A stretch of DNA of 64,000 nt from Vitrella brassicaformis CCMP3155. Lineage: Eukaryota > Protista > Chromerida. Location of the stretch: positions 1 to 64,000 of the forward strand of contig CDMY01000427.1 of the NCBI GenBank assembly GCA_001179505.1, given 5' to 3'. The position numbers were made by a program, and so were the translations under genes. Shown here one piece after another: positions 39,732 through 50,762 of the stretch. Positions within the stretch are counted from its first letter, which is position 1; the number at the start of each line of letters is the position of its first letter. Below the pieces are notes generated by a model, which worked only from the letters and a program-made list of their open reading frames with translations, had not been told where the DNA came from and ran no database searches.

Positions 39732-42700
39732 TCACGATTGCCATGGCCACTTCCATGGCCACGTAAAGCACCAGCAGCAGCGGCGATCCTTCGGGGTCTG
39801 GACCTGGACCTGCTGCCTCTGCTGTGTGCCGGAGGCCGTCCCCGCTCGGCGAGCCCGCCACTGCCTCCGCTGCTCCTCCGCCACCTCGTCACACAGCAGC
39901 AGGTCCATCAGGTCGTCCCCCCCGTCGCGGCGAGTGGTGGGAACCTGATTGATGCATTCACCGAAAGGAAACACCGAGTACATGCCTTCTCGATTCGGCT
40001 CGTCAGTCTCACCCACCTCTTGCTGCTGTCGGCCCGTGCCTCGCTGTCGGTCCATGAGGCCGCCATGGGGCGGACCCTCACCCTCCTCATCGCCAGCCGC
40101 GTCGCCGTCGCGCCTCATTGGGTGTCCGTGGGGCGGCGCCATCTTGGGGACGTGATGGCCGACGAACGGGGAGGACATCGTGGAATGCCGACGAACCGAA
40201 CCAACGTGGGGGTCTCTCGCTCGCACCAAATGGGGGCCACGCGATCCACTGAACCAGGCCAGCAAGCGATTCCGTGGCTCCTCTGTACCTGAGTGAGGCC
40301 ATCCATCGGTCCTCGTGACGTCTGCAATGCTCCACCAGGGCTTTGAAGGGTTGCCAACGGCCAACGCGTTGAGTGGATAATCACTTGCAGCCGATATAAA
40401 ATGCAGGCGGCGATTGAGACACCTGACGAGCAAAGACACACAGAGCACCAGCGAGACACGTCTTGGATGAATGTCTCCTCATGTCTCTCCTTCTCTCGTG
40501 CTCACTCTATAAACGCCTCTCCATCGCTGATGGGGCGGGGCGTTGCGATGGGATTGCAACACTATCAGATGGTCCACCAGATATGTCGCCTGCAGCTGGA
40601 AGAGGCCGTTCTTGTTGGTCACCCTGGACACCTCGTCCGGGGCACCGTGGAAGACTCAAACAGCCCATACTCAGCACGCGGATATCCCCCAACTGCACCA
40701 ACAACCATCATACACACACACACACACACACCCCCATCCGCCCCTCCCTCCTCTGTCATGTGTGCTGCGGCTTACTCTTGAACGAGCTCGACTCGATGGT
40801 CTTCAGCTCAAAATGCCTCTCCCGCACGGCAGACCCCACACCGTCACTCGGCTGCTGCCGGGACTCTCGGGAAGGCAATGGCGGCAGGGACTCACCAGAG
40901 CTGCTCTGATGGGACGACGCCTCGGGAGTCTGCTGGGTGACGAATCTCGACGCAGCTGCAGCGAAGCCAGCCCGGTGATGCTGCAGATAACACACACACC
41001 ACACACGCAACACACTTATGAGAGAGTTCATTGCTGCCTGTGTGCCGTGCGTCGTATTCCCACCGGCCCTCTCGCGTGACCAAACTCGCGGTTCATCCCC
41101 GCCGCCGCAGAGGCGTCGCCCTCCCCAGGTATAGTGTATGCGACGCCCTCTCTCGGCATCATGTAGGACGTCACAGGATGATAGCCACCATAGCCCGGTT
41201 GTGGCGGCAACTGCTGCGGGTGTGAGTGCGGTTGGTATTGGTGGTGCGCCGGGCTGGGGGCACCGTAGATATCTGCTGGCAGATAATGTGGCTGTGTGGC
41301 GGCAATGGCATTCAACCACGGCGGCGGGAGGGCGTCGTTGCGGGGGCCGTGCTGCAGGTGCGGTGCGCCCATGTGGGCACGAAACGCATTCATGCCTTCG
41401 GGGCGTATTCTCACGGCATAACGCGGGAATGGAGACTGGGATGAAGTTGTGTCGCGTGCACCTTGGCTGGCCGTCATGCCGCCCCGATAGAGATTCCACT
41501 GCCCCTCTCTGCCGCCGCCGTGAAAGCCGTTGAACGCACCCTGACAACAAACAGGCCATCCAACGACACACACATAAGCACATCCATGCCATGCATCAAT
41601 GACATGTCCCATGGTGTGGGGGTGGGTGCGTGTGTGCAGTTGTTCTGTGCCATACCTGTTGGTGGCGGTAGTTGTTGTATTGGTTGAAGTAGTTGCTGAA
41701 GTTCTCTGGCGACTGGCGTCCCCGGTAGCTATAAGGCGCGGCGTCGCCCTCCCGCTGCTGCTGCCCATCCCGCCAGATGCCATGACCACCAGCCTCGTGC
41801 CACTGATGCTGTTGGCCCATACTTACACCGCCGGCACCCCCTCCCTGACCCCCGGCAAGCACCGGCCCTCTCTCGGGATGGTCGCTTCCCGACTGGCGCA
41901 GGCCGATGTCCATGAGCTGCTGCGGCACGTTGGGCGGATGTCGGGTGTCCCTGCGGGGAGGGGCATCGGCGCGATTCAGAGTGCGCGGGCCGCCCTGGTC
42001 CTGCGGGTCGTAGGTGTCGTAGAACGGACGGCCTCCTCGGTGGCCACCGGGGCCGCCGTATGGCCAATCTGACAGTGAGTTCAACACACACCAACCCACA
42101 AACAACAAATTGCAAGACGGACCCACTGAATGTCCTTGTCTGTCGAGTCTGCCTCTCGTTTGTCTCCCCTACCCATGGTTCTGTTTCGGTCGCGGGCGCG
42201 TGCAGCGGCGTTGGTCTCCAACTCGGTCTCGAGGTCGGTCTGGAAGCCTGCACCCGGCATGCCGGGCGGGGCCCGATGCTGCGGCCCTGATGGAGGATTC
42301 AATGGCGCCACGGGCGGCGCGGGACGGCCGCCACGGTACGGCTGTCGGTCCCAGCGGCTGTCGTTGCGCTGGTTGCAGTAGCTGTCGGGGTTGGTGGCGT
42401 AGGCGGGTCGGATATTGGTGGGAGGAGGGTGGGGGGAGGGAGTCGGGCCGGTGGGTGAGCGTTCGTACGCCGGCTGGATGATCTGGCGTTGGTGTTGGTG
42501 CCGCTGGATGGGTGGCGAGGGGATGAACTGTCCGTGAGGGCCGGAAAAGGGGCTGAGTGGCTGGAAGAAGGGCCCCCCTTCTCCTCTGAACGCCGTGGAG
42601 CCCATCGGCGGCTGCCCAAACCCGTTGAGAATGGTCTGGTGGTGGGAGGGGGGATGGGGGAGTGGAGGGGCGGGGGGGGGGGGGGGGGGGGGGNNNNNNN

Positions 42701-42993
42701 NNNNNNNNNNNNNNNNNNNNNNNNNNNNNNNNNNNNNNNNNNNNNNNNNNNNNNNNNNNNNNNNNNNNNNNNNNNNNNNNNNNNNNNNNNNNNNNNNNNN
42801 NNNNNNNNNNNNNNNNNNNNNNNNNNNNNNNNNNNNNNNNNNNNNNNNNNNNNNNNNNNNNNNNNNNNNNNNNNNNNNNNNNNNNNNNNNNNNNNNNNNN
42901 NNNNNNNNNNNNNNNNNNNNNNNNNNNNNNNNNNNNNNNNNNNNNNNNNNNNNNNNNNNNNNNNNNNNNNNNNNNNNNNNNNNNNNNNNNNNN

Positions 42994-43031
<38 letters not shown>

Positions 43032-43090
43032 AGGCTGCCACGTGCCATCGCGACGACCTGTGCCGGCCTGACAGGACACACAGACACCAC
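39732..43090 (-). CDS. Low-complexity P/G/Q/N/R-rich protein or chimeric pseudogene, multi-exon, crossing a gap
   Basis: Exon-like ORFs: FQPLSPFSGPHGQFIP...RGGRPAPP; YGGPGGHRGGRPFYD...NFSNYFNQYNNYRHQQ; FHGGGREGQWNLYRGG...PGYGGYHP. These are flanked by GT/AG and CA-rich introns. No recognisable folded domain. Confidence 0.45.
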
Positions 43091-43450
43091 GGGATGAGCG
43101 AAATGCGCCCTCCTGACCCCATGGATGACCGAGAGGCACTCCCGACCTCCCCATCGGTGCATGAGCCCTGTGCGTGCGGTGTGCACCCCCTCACCATCGG
43201 GTGGGAGCCTTGAGGAAGCTGTGCAGCTCCTGAGGGAGGTCCCTGACCTCCGTTGGAATGCATCGGTCAATTCGTTGGGGGCTCGCACCATATGGGGGCC
43301 ACGAGATCGCCTGAACCAAGCCAGCAGGCGATTCAATTGATATTCACTGTGATGATTCGTGGCTCCTCTGTGCCTGAGTGAGGCCATCCATCGGTCCTCA
43401 TGACCTCTGCAATGCTCTCACACACGCCCAGCGGCCTTCAGCAGACAGCC
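42490..43450. repeat. Segmental duplication, copy 2 (partner at 34285-34900)
   Basis: See copy 1. Also 43380-43640 matches 40300-40520, and 43685-43880 matches 37960-38160. Confidence 0.85.
42694..42993. other. Assembly gap (300 N) between poly-G runs
   Basis: Read directly. Confidence 0.99.
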
Positions 43451-44139
43451 ACAGACTCAATCGACTCGGGCTTTGAAGGGTTGCCGACGGCCAACGCGTT
43501 GAGTGGATGATCACATGCAGCCGATATAAAATGCAGGCGGCGATTGAGACGCCTGACGAGCAAAGACATACAGAACACCAGCGAGACACGTCTTGGATGA
43601 ACGTCTCCTCATGTCTCTCCTTCTCTCGTGCTCACTCTGTGAACGCCTGGTGGAGTGAGTACCCGACTGGCATGCCGACTGGGTGGAATCGTGAGGACCG
43701 ATTCTCGCCACAAGACCACCAAACACCTCCGCCGCCCCATATCCGAAACCCGTGATAAGAGGGACGTTCAAATATAAAATGTAAGCAGCAATTGAGGCGC
43801 CTGACAACGAGAGAGAGAGAGAGAGTCAGATGTGATGGAGAATGACGTATGTCCTCATTATGTGCTCACGCTCAAGAAGCCTCTTCGCCTGTCTTCCTCG
43901 CTGCTGCTGGGAAGGGGCGGGAAGGGCGGGTGGGGACGCAGATGGGGGGACGGTGGATGTCGCATTGTTGGTGGCGTTGTTGGTGTCGTCGACCATATTG
44001 TACACCCTTCCTCTGTTGTCATCCCGCCCCTCAACGACGACGCCGTTGGCTGACGAAAGCAAAAAAGTAACGAAAGCAAAGAAGTAGCCAGATGCATGTG
44101 AGTACTGCATGGCGTCTGCTTTGCCTACTCATCACTTAC

Positions 44140-45560
44140 CAATCAACGCCTGCATCTCCGTCGTCAGGTCGCGCAGGCTCACCAAGTGGTAGACCTCCCC
44201 CTCTGCCCGCATGAGCTTGCCAAGTGCATCGGCGAGCTCGAAAAGGCCGAGGCCGTGTCCCCGAGAAAGCGAGGAAACGATCGCTTCCCTCAGGGACATG
44301 GCCTCGACCTGTCCAGGTGGTGCTGGCCTCCCTGGGCCCTCGCCCCCCTTGTGGCGATCCCTGATAGCCATGCATACAGAAGTGCCATGGTGGGTCACAC
44401 CCACTTGGACAAGCCTTCTGTCACCTGTCGCCGGTGCTGTCCCTTTTGGTTGGCGCACGCGATGAGCTCGACGGCACCGAGGGCGGCTTCGTCCCTGCGG
44501 AGCCTGCACAGAAACCACACAGAAACATAGAATGCGACGACCTGGTCATTCATAAGTCGCGTGTGTCTGTGAGGTGCCCGTGAGGGTGCTTGGGTGTGTT
44601 GGTATACAGACTTGACGAGGACGCCGCGCCACTTGAGGAGCTGCCACCGAGCTGGTTGGCCCTGATAGCCATTCACGTGTTAAGGTGAGCCACGCATCTT
44701 ATTCCTATCTGTCTTACCTCAGGAAGAGGTTGAGCAGCCTCTGCAGGAACTCCAGGCGAATGTCGTCTGGGAGCTCCGTCAGGTACTGCTCGTCCGCCCC
44801 AGCAAAGGACAGCACCTCCCTCTCTGAGACGCCCAGCGATCAAGCAATGGCGCTGAGCAGGTCCGACTGGAACGGCAAGGGCTCGTCCAGGTAGGCATCA
44901 TCCTCACCCTCTCCGCCGGCAGGACTCTCTTCGGCGGCTTCCTGACTCTCGGCGGGGGGCTGCGACTGCTCCTCTCCCTGCTGTGGTGCTTCTTGGTGGC
45001 GGCTGGTCGCGCTGCTCTGACGCGGAAGACGGCGACTGAGATGCAGGTGCTGCTGGTGGTGGTGGTGCTGGTGCTGGTGGTGGGCGCGGTACCGTCACGT
45101 CGGGTGGCGCAAAGGGTGGAGGCGCCGCAGAAGCGTCCTGTTGGGCCTCGCCTTCGCCCGTTGACCTCCCTGCCTGGCCGACAGCAGTGGGGCTGTGTTG
45201 GACAAAGTTGAGATCCAGCCGCACCTGTGGGGGCTGCTCCTGCGGCACCGGGCCAGGCGAGGGAGGAGCTGCCGACTGCATCGATAATGTCAGGGAGGCG
45301 ACGAGGCTGTCGAAGAGGTGCTGAGTGTCTTCAAGTTGGTGGATGGGCGATGGGAGAGTGAAGGCAGGCGGCTCCTCTTCACCGGTCGGCTGGCTTGCCT
45401 CGGCCTCGCTGGGCTCCTGTTGTAACGACTGGCCCTCTCCCTCCCCCTCCCCTGTGGCCTCCTCTCTGCCTGTGACCTCCGTGTCTTCCGCAGCGGCCAC
45501 CATATCGCCCTTCTGCACCTTTGGCTGCTCCGCCTCCTCGCCAATCTGAGCACGTGGCTC
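44140..45560 (-). pseudogene. Acidic low-complexity gene relic with a UBM/DUF4414-like motif and an in-frame TGA
   Basis: ...YLDEPLPFQSDLLSAIA*SLGVSEREVLSFAGADEQYLTELPDDIRLEFLQRLL. TGA at 44840-44842. Motif resembles xDxxFLxALPxDIRxEVL. Confidence 0.45.
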
Positions 45561-46304
45561 GTCCGGTCAGCAGATTGCAGATCACCGTCCAATATAAAAT
45601 GAAGGCAGCGATTGAGGCGCCTGAAGTAATGGAAGAGACACAGACACGGCGGCGAATCATGTGCGTGTCATGTTTGTGTGTGTGTCTCTCTCTCTCTGCT
45701 CACCCTGCAAGCGCCGTGCACATTGCCTGTGGGGGTCATGGAACGGGGCGGGCGTACACACAGCAGGGGGCGATGGGGGGCATCATCTCCTGGACAAGGG
45801 TATCAGCGTACGCTGCGGTCTAGAAGTCTTCGGCGGGGTCGTTCAGCGCCCTGCACATAAAGCAGACAACAGACAACACACAGTAGCTTCAAAGGCAGCT
45901 ATGTTGTGAGGTGTGCTTGTACCTATCGAGGAAGAGACGGGCACGATCCGCCCGCTGCTGCCGCGCGACGCGCTGGCGGTTCGCCCACACCTCGGCCGCA
46001 AACTCACGGCAGACTGTTCATGCAGCACGCACAAGAGACATTTGAGATGCACCCATCTACTCACTGGCTGACGACCTTACCCTCAGCTGCTCCATCGGCG
46101 ACATGTCGCAAGATGTTCCAGAAAAGATCCGGAGCGCAGAGCTGGGCGGACCAACGCGTTTGAATGGATAATCACTTGCCACCAATATAAAATGAAGGCA
46201 GCGATGTGCTGAGGCGCCTGACAAGGGGAGAGACACAGCGAGGGAGTCGCTCACGGGCGCATTGTGTCTCTGCTTCTCGTGTGCTCACTTGAATGTGCAG
46301 GACT

Positions 46305-46860
46305 TCACAGGCCAACCAAAACAGCAGTGGTGCTCCCGTTGGCCTCCTCGGGGCCGTGGTCGTTCATCTCCAGCACTGGGGCCTCTTCCTCTCTTTCTTC
46401 TTTAGACTCCTCCTCTGTTGGTTCTTGTGCGCCCTCGCCCTCCTGTTGCTGCTCTCGCTGTGGCTGCTCTTGCTGCTCCTTGGTGGTGGGCTCTTCTGGC
46501 TGCTGTGGCTGCTCGGCAGGGATGGCCTGCTCCGGTGGCTCGATGACGGTTGCGGCTGGAGGCGCCTCCTCTGTGGTTTTGGGCTGCTGCTCTCCTTCCT
46601 TCTCCTCAGCCTCATGCCGACGCGGTTGGATGGATGGACACAAACAAAGGAATGGATGGACACCCATATATGGGTGTGGGTGTGGGTGTTGGTGGGTGTT
46701 GGTGGGTGTTGGTGGGTGTTGGTGGGTGTTGATGTGTCGGATTGGATGGATGGATGGTTTAACCACCTACCTGTAGTCTGTGCAGGTTGGGGCGGAACTC
46801 CAGCCACATCTGGGGAGGCCATCTCCTCAAGACCACTCACAAAACTCTCAAACAGCGCCT
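46305..46860 (-). pseudogene. Glu/Gln/Pro-rich module exon related to 14140-14210
   Basis: EQQQEGEGAQEPTEEESKEE versus QQQEGEGEGAQEPTEEEPKEG. Confidence 0.55.
46682..46731. repeat. 10-bp minisatellite (GGTGGGTGTT) x5
   Basis: Read directly; the first unit is slightly imperfect. Confidence 0.85.
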
Positions 46861-48501
46861 AATTGCGGTACACGAGGCAAGAGAGACATGAGGACACAAT
46901 GTTATATCATCCGTTCCTCCCCATCCCTCTCACTCGGCTTCTCGGTCACGTTTGTCGAGCTCGGCCTGCATGACGGACACACACAAAGGGGGACGACACG
47001 TACATCACATGAATGAGATGAGTGGGCGCTTCGTTCGTGGTAGACACATACCAGCTGCTGTTGGGTGCAGTATCTGTAGAATCCCTTGCCGGCCTCGCTC
47101 TTGTGTCTGCACGGATGAAAATGCTCGGGCGTTGCACTTGGTGTCGCTGCAGCTTGCAGCCCGTAGATGGCCGCCGAGGCGGCCAAGAGGGCGTTGAAAA
47201 ACAGGGAAAACAGAGGAGACATGAGCAAATCCGTGCGGTATTCTCTTCCTTCTGTCTTGCTTACGTACCTGAGCGGCGTGCCGCCAGATGATAAGTAGGA
47301 CACACATCTGAAGTATGGCGCAGATCAAGGACTCATTGAACAGGATCGGTGATCATTCTTAACGTGCACGTGACGGGGGTACCGGCTCTCTCTGGTCGCG
47401 AGGCTGTGGTTGTTTTGTTGGACCAAAGCGTTGCCTTTCTGAAAGCAGCAACGAGAACACTGTTGCCAACAGCTCGACAGACGGCAGGGCACTACCAGTT
47501 GAGGCCTCCCGAGGAAGGTGACGTTCGGGCAGTCTGGGAGGGACACGATGGACCTCATAAGCCGATAAACAGCGAAATTCTCTCTACAGGACAACAGAAG
47601 GCCATAGAAGGCGAGCAGGTCAGACGATGGCTGCCTGCAGCAAGTGCTGTCAGATTACCTGGAGTCCGCTCACTTTAATGATGACTTTGCGCGGGCTCAT
47701 TGACGTCGTGCAGAAGAGGTGAATTCAGGAGTATGACAGATATAAAATGTAGGCACCGATCTGCAGGCGCACACAGAGGGGACGAGAGACATGAGTGTGC
47801 AGAGTGAGACTCGGGATCCTGCACACGGTGGGAGATGACCTTTCCTCTGTGTGTGTCCGTCACCCCTGATGTGATCGTTGCTTTCTGCCTTCTTCTCATC
47901 TCGCGGGGCGATGAGGGGGAATCTGACAGACGGCAGCAGAGGAATGCACTGTGTGTTGGCCCGAAATTATCATGTGCTCTCTCGCTCATTTGTTTCCCCT
48001 GTTGTGGTCTGCAGCATCGAGCGGCACCACGAGCATGACGGCGACACAACCTGACTGACACACCCACAAAGAGAGACAGAGAGACGCCATCACAAGTTCA
48101 TCCAAACATTGAAGGTCACGATTGGGCGCCATCGTATCGCTGTCATTTGGTGCTGTCCTGTTGCTGACTGTGTGTGAGGGGAGGACGCGCAGCATCCACA
48201 GAAGCCAGAGCCCCGAAGACGTTAAACGAGCACAGCGGTCTGCAGACACAAGATCGGAGAGACACCATCGTGCAAAGTTAGATGTATCGTGAGGCTTCCT
48301 CAAAGTACTTCGCAGCGCAGCGCAGCGCATCGGTCGATTTGGCGTAAAGAATCCGCCGAATATAAAGCGTAGGCAGCGATTCTGAACAAAACCAGACATG
48401 CACACACAGTTTCCATGTGACTTGTTCGAAGGCGGGCTGACCTCGTCAGAGTTGGACGTAATGATTGATGACGTGTGGGTATTTGCCTGAGACCAAATAC
48501 A

Positions 48502-48720
48502 CACACAAGTACGACGAGAAATCCCGAACGTGAGCGACTTTCCATTCTTTAATTAATGAATAGCTGAGCCAAACATGAAGGTCTCGGCGACCTTGGGGCT
48601 CTCCGTTGTCGGTGTCTTTTGGCCGCCGGGCGGGCTGAGCTCGTCGAGGATGACCTGGCAGTAGTCGACTTGGATGTCATGGGGTTGGGTGCTGATCACG
48701 TGGACGTATCTCCCTGCGAC

Positions 48721-48751
<31 letters not shown>

Positions 48752-48815
48752 GTAAGACGAAAAATCCCGAATGTGAGCGACTTTCCATCCCTTCTTAAAT
48801 TAATGAATACGTACC
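48502..48815. repeat. ~65-bp dispersed direct repeat (CACACACAAGTA.GACGA.AAATCCCGAA.GTGAGCGACTTTCCAT...AATTAATGAATA) x2
   Basis: Copies at about 48502-48565 and 48743-48810 flank a minus-strand exon-like ORF. Confidence 0.8.
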
Positions 48816-49289
48816 TGCTCCATTCATGAAGTTCTCGAGCTGAAACTGCGCGGTGGCCTCCGCCAACATATGAAACAGCTCCTGCCGCACACACACATCA
48901 CCATCAAGGAAGGGAATGGATGCAATCAGGAATGCATCTGTCTGTCTGATGTCGAGGAATGAACCGTCCCTTGTGTGGCTATTCTGCCCCTGGCCTGCAT
49001 GCATGGCCTCCCTCGATGCCTGCCTGCCCCTCCCTCACCTCATCCATCGTGTTGTGTCGCGTCGTGCTGTTCACCTGTGGCTCGGGTCTGGTGACCAACT
49101 GCAATAATCCTGGCCCAACTGCAATAGGATATGGTCCACGTGTCGATGTACGCATCAAGGTCACCGAAGCCTTGAGCTGTCCGGTCTGATATACACACAC
49201 AAGACAGAGACCGACATACACATTCATTGATGGTCGTTTTCCTCATGCAGCCAAGCTGCGAGGAGACATGTGCTCCTCTGTCTTACTTC

Positions 49290-50585
49290 AGCGGGTGCGA
49301 TGCATACGAATTGGACCGGCGTGGGAGTGTGTATGAGAGTCTCACAGATATAAAACGTAGGCAGCGATCTGTCTGCAGACACAGAACAGGAGAGACACAG
49401 CAGATTGTCTATTGGCCTCGCAGTGATCTCTCTGTGAACTGACCGAAACTACAGACAGAGAGGCAGACACATCGCTCCCCTCCACAGCAGCTCTCACTTA
49501 CCACCTGAGAAAGAAGGCTAGTGATCTCGACCCCGTTTGCCTCTTGACCGTTCCCCGCTCCCCTCCTGCTGCTGCTGCTGTTGAGCACCTGTCTCCCTGC
49601 AGGGCTGAGAGAATGGCACGGGCCGCCCAACGGGCCCCGCTCCCCCCGTTGCGGCGCGTCAGTCGACTTGACGCCATCACGCAGCCCTGAACACGGCGTG
49701 GGGTCACTGCTCCCACCGGGGCTGGGCAGCGGGCTGGTCTGCTGCACCACTGGGGCAAAGGTGAGCGACGGGAGGGCGTTGGCGGGCATGGGGGTCTCGT
49801 CTTCACTGGCCTCGCCGAACTCGGTGAGACGGAGAGGGGGCGGGACTGCACGAAAGACATCACAGATTAGACCAAAGACAAAAGGCACACAGATACATAC
49901 AGTAGGTCCGTCCATCTATCAGCCACGTGTGAGCCTGTGCATGTGTGTGTGAGACGTGAGGCAGAATGTACCGGCCTGGAACACCGTGGGCATGTCACGG
50001 GCAACATACCAGAGGATGCAGGCAGTCGACCCTAAAATAGATGCCATCCCATGCCATGAAAACTCACATGATTGGACAACTCGCCTGACGTCTCTCACAT
50101 GCGTACCCTTCAGCTGCCATTCGGGGATGTGGAGGCGAACTTCAGCGTCGTTGAACCGCACCCATGACAACGCACCGTTCACCACCGACTTGACGTCGCT
50201 GCACACACCACACAGACAGACAGACAGACAGACAGACATGTGCTCTGTGGATGCTCGCCCTGATGGTGTGTGAGTGTCAGTGTGTCGGGTGCTCACGCAA
50301 AGCAGTGCCCACTCGACAGACTGCCGCGCTGGTGGGTGACGGCGTACAGGTCGTACTCGCGGCGGATCGTCGGGCCCCCGAACCTGACACACACAGATGC
50401 ACACATATGGGCGAGTCTCTCTCTCTTGTTCTGCCACGTCCCCTCCCCGACCGACATAATACGTACCCTGCAGCTGTCCCTCAGGCTTGTTGTCCGGCAA
50501 AAACTTTGAGGTGAACTGGTCGTCGAAACGCACCCACGACTCGATGCCACCAACCATAATCTTGACCCAGCTGCACACGCACACA

Positions 50586-50620
<35 letters not shown>

Positions 50621-50762
50621 GGACCTACACACATGTCCGTCCCGCATTAATGCCCTGTCGATCGGTCGGTGTGTCTGTCTGTCTGTCTGTGTGGTGCGTC
50701 CAGGCCGCCGTCGTGGATTGTGACGGCGTAGAGATCGAACTCCCCGCTAATGGAGGGACCCT
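49290..50762 (-). pseudogene. Chimeric USP (peptidase C19) C-terminal fragment with duplicated His/Asp-box exons, spliced to shared modules
   Basis: EFDLYAVTIHDGG...DGHVC|SWVKI...SWVRFDDQ; EYDLYAVTHQRGSLSSGHCF|ADVK...SWVRFNDAEV; GSTACILWYVARD. These are followed in frame by the GEASEDETPMPAN module and the TDRCLRFI exon. No Cys box (GLxNxGNTC) was found upstream. Confidence 0.7.

Larger units (their letters stand above)
30991..49870 (-). repeat. Mosaic tract of shuffled exon/intron modules with 13 same-orientation copies of a conserved motif
   Basis: ATATAAA(A/G)..AGGCRGC cores on the + strand start at 30991, 32586, 33759, 34926, 38049, 40394, 43524, 43772, 45592, 46185, 47740, 48360 and 49348. 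Several larger shared blocks lie among them and match 6700-15600. Confidence 0.85.

Noticed and set aside
44840-44842. In-frame TGA as selenocysteine or readthrough
   Set aside because: It is not at a redox-motif position, no SECIS-like element was identified and the surrounding region is decayed. A nonsense mutation is more parsimonious.
46940-47231. Apparent small secreted peptide MSPLFSLFFNALLAASAA...
   Set aside because: The hydrophobic N-terminus translates a polypyrimidine tract downstream of a GTACGT donor, so it is probably intronic and the signal peptide is likely artefactual.
30991-49365. Repeated ~20-nt motif considered as a CRISPR array
   Set aside because: The context is eukaryotic, spacing is irregular at kilobase scale, copies are degenerate and no cas genes are present.
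30991-49365. Motif considered as a spliced-leader RNA gene array
   Set aside because: It does not resemble the dinoflagellate/Perkinsus SL sequence. It follows acceptors instead of preceding a donor, and there is no regular tandem unit.
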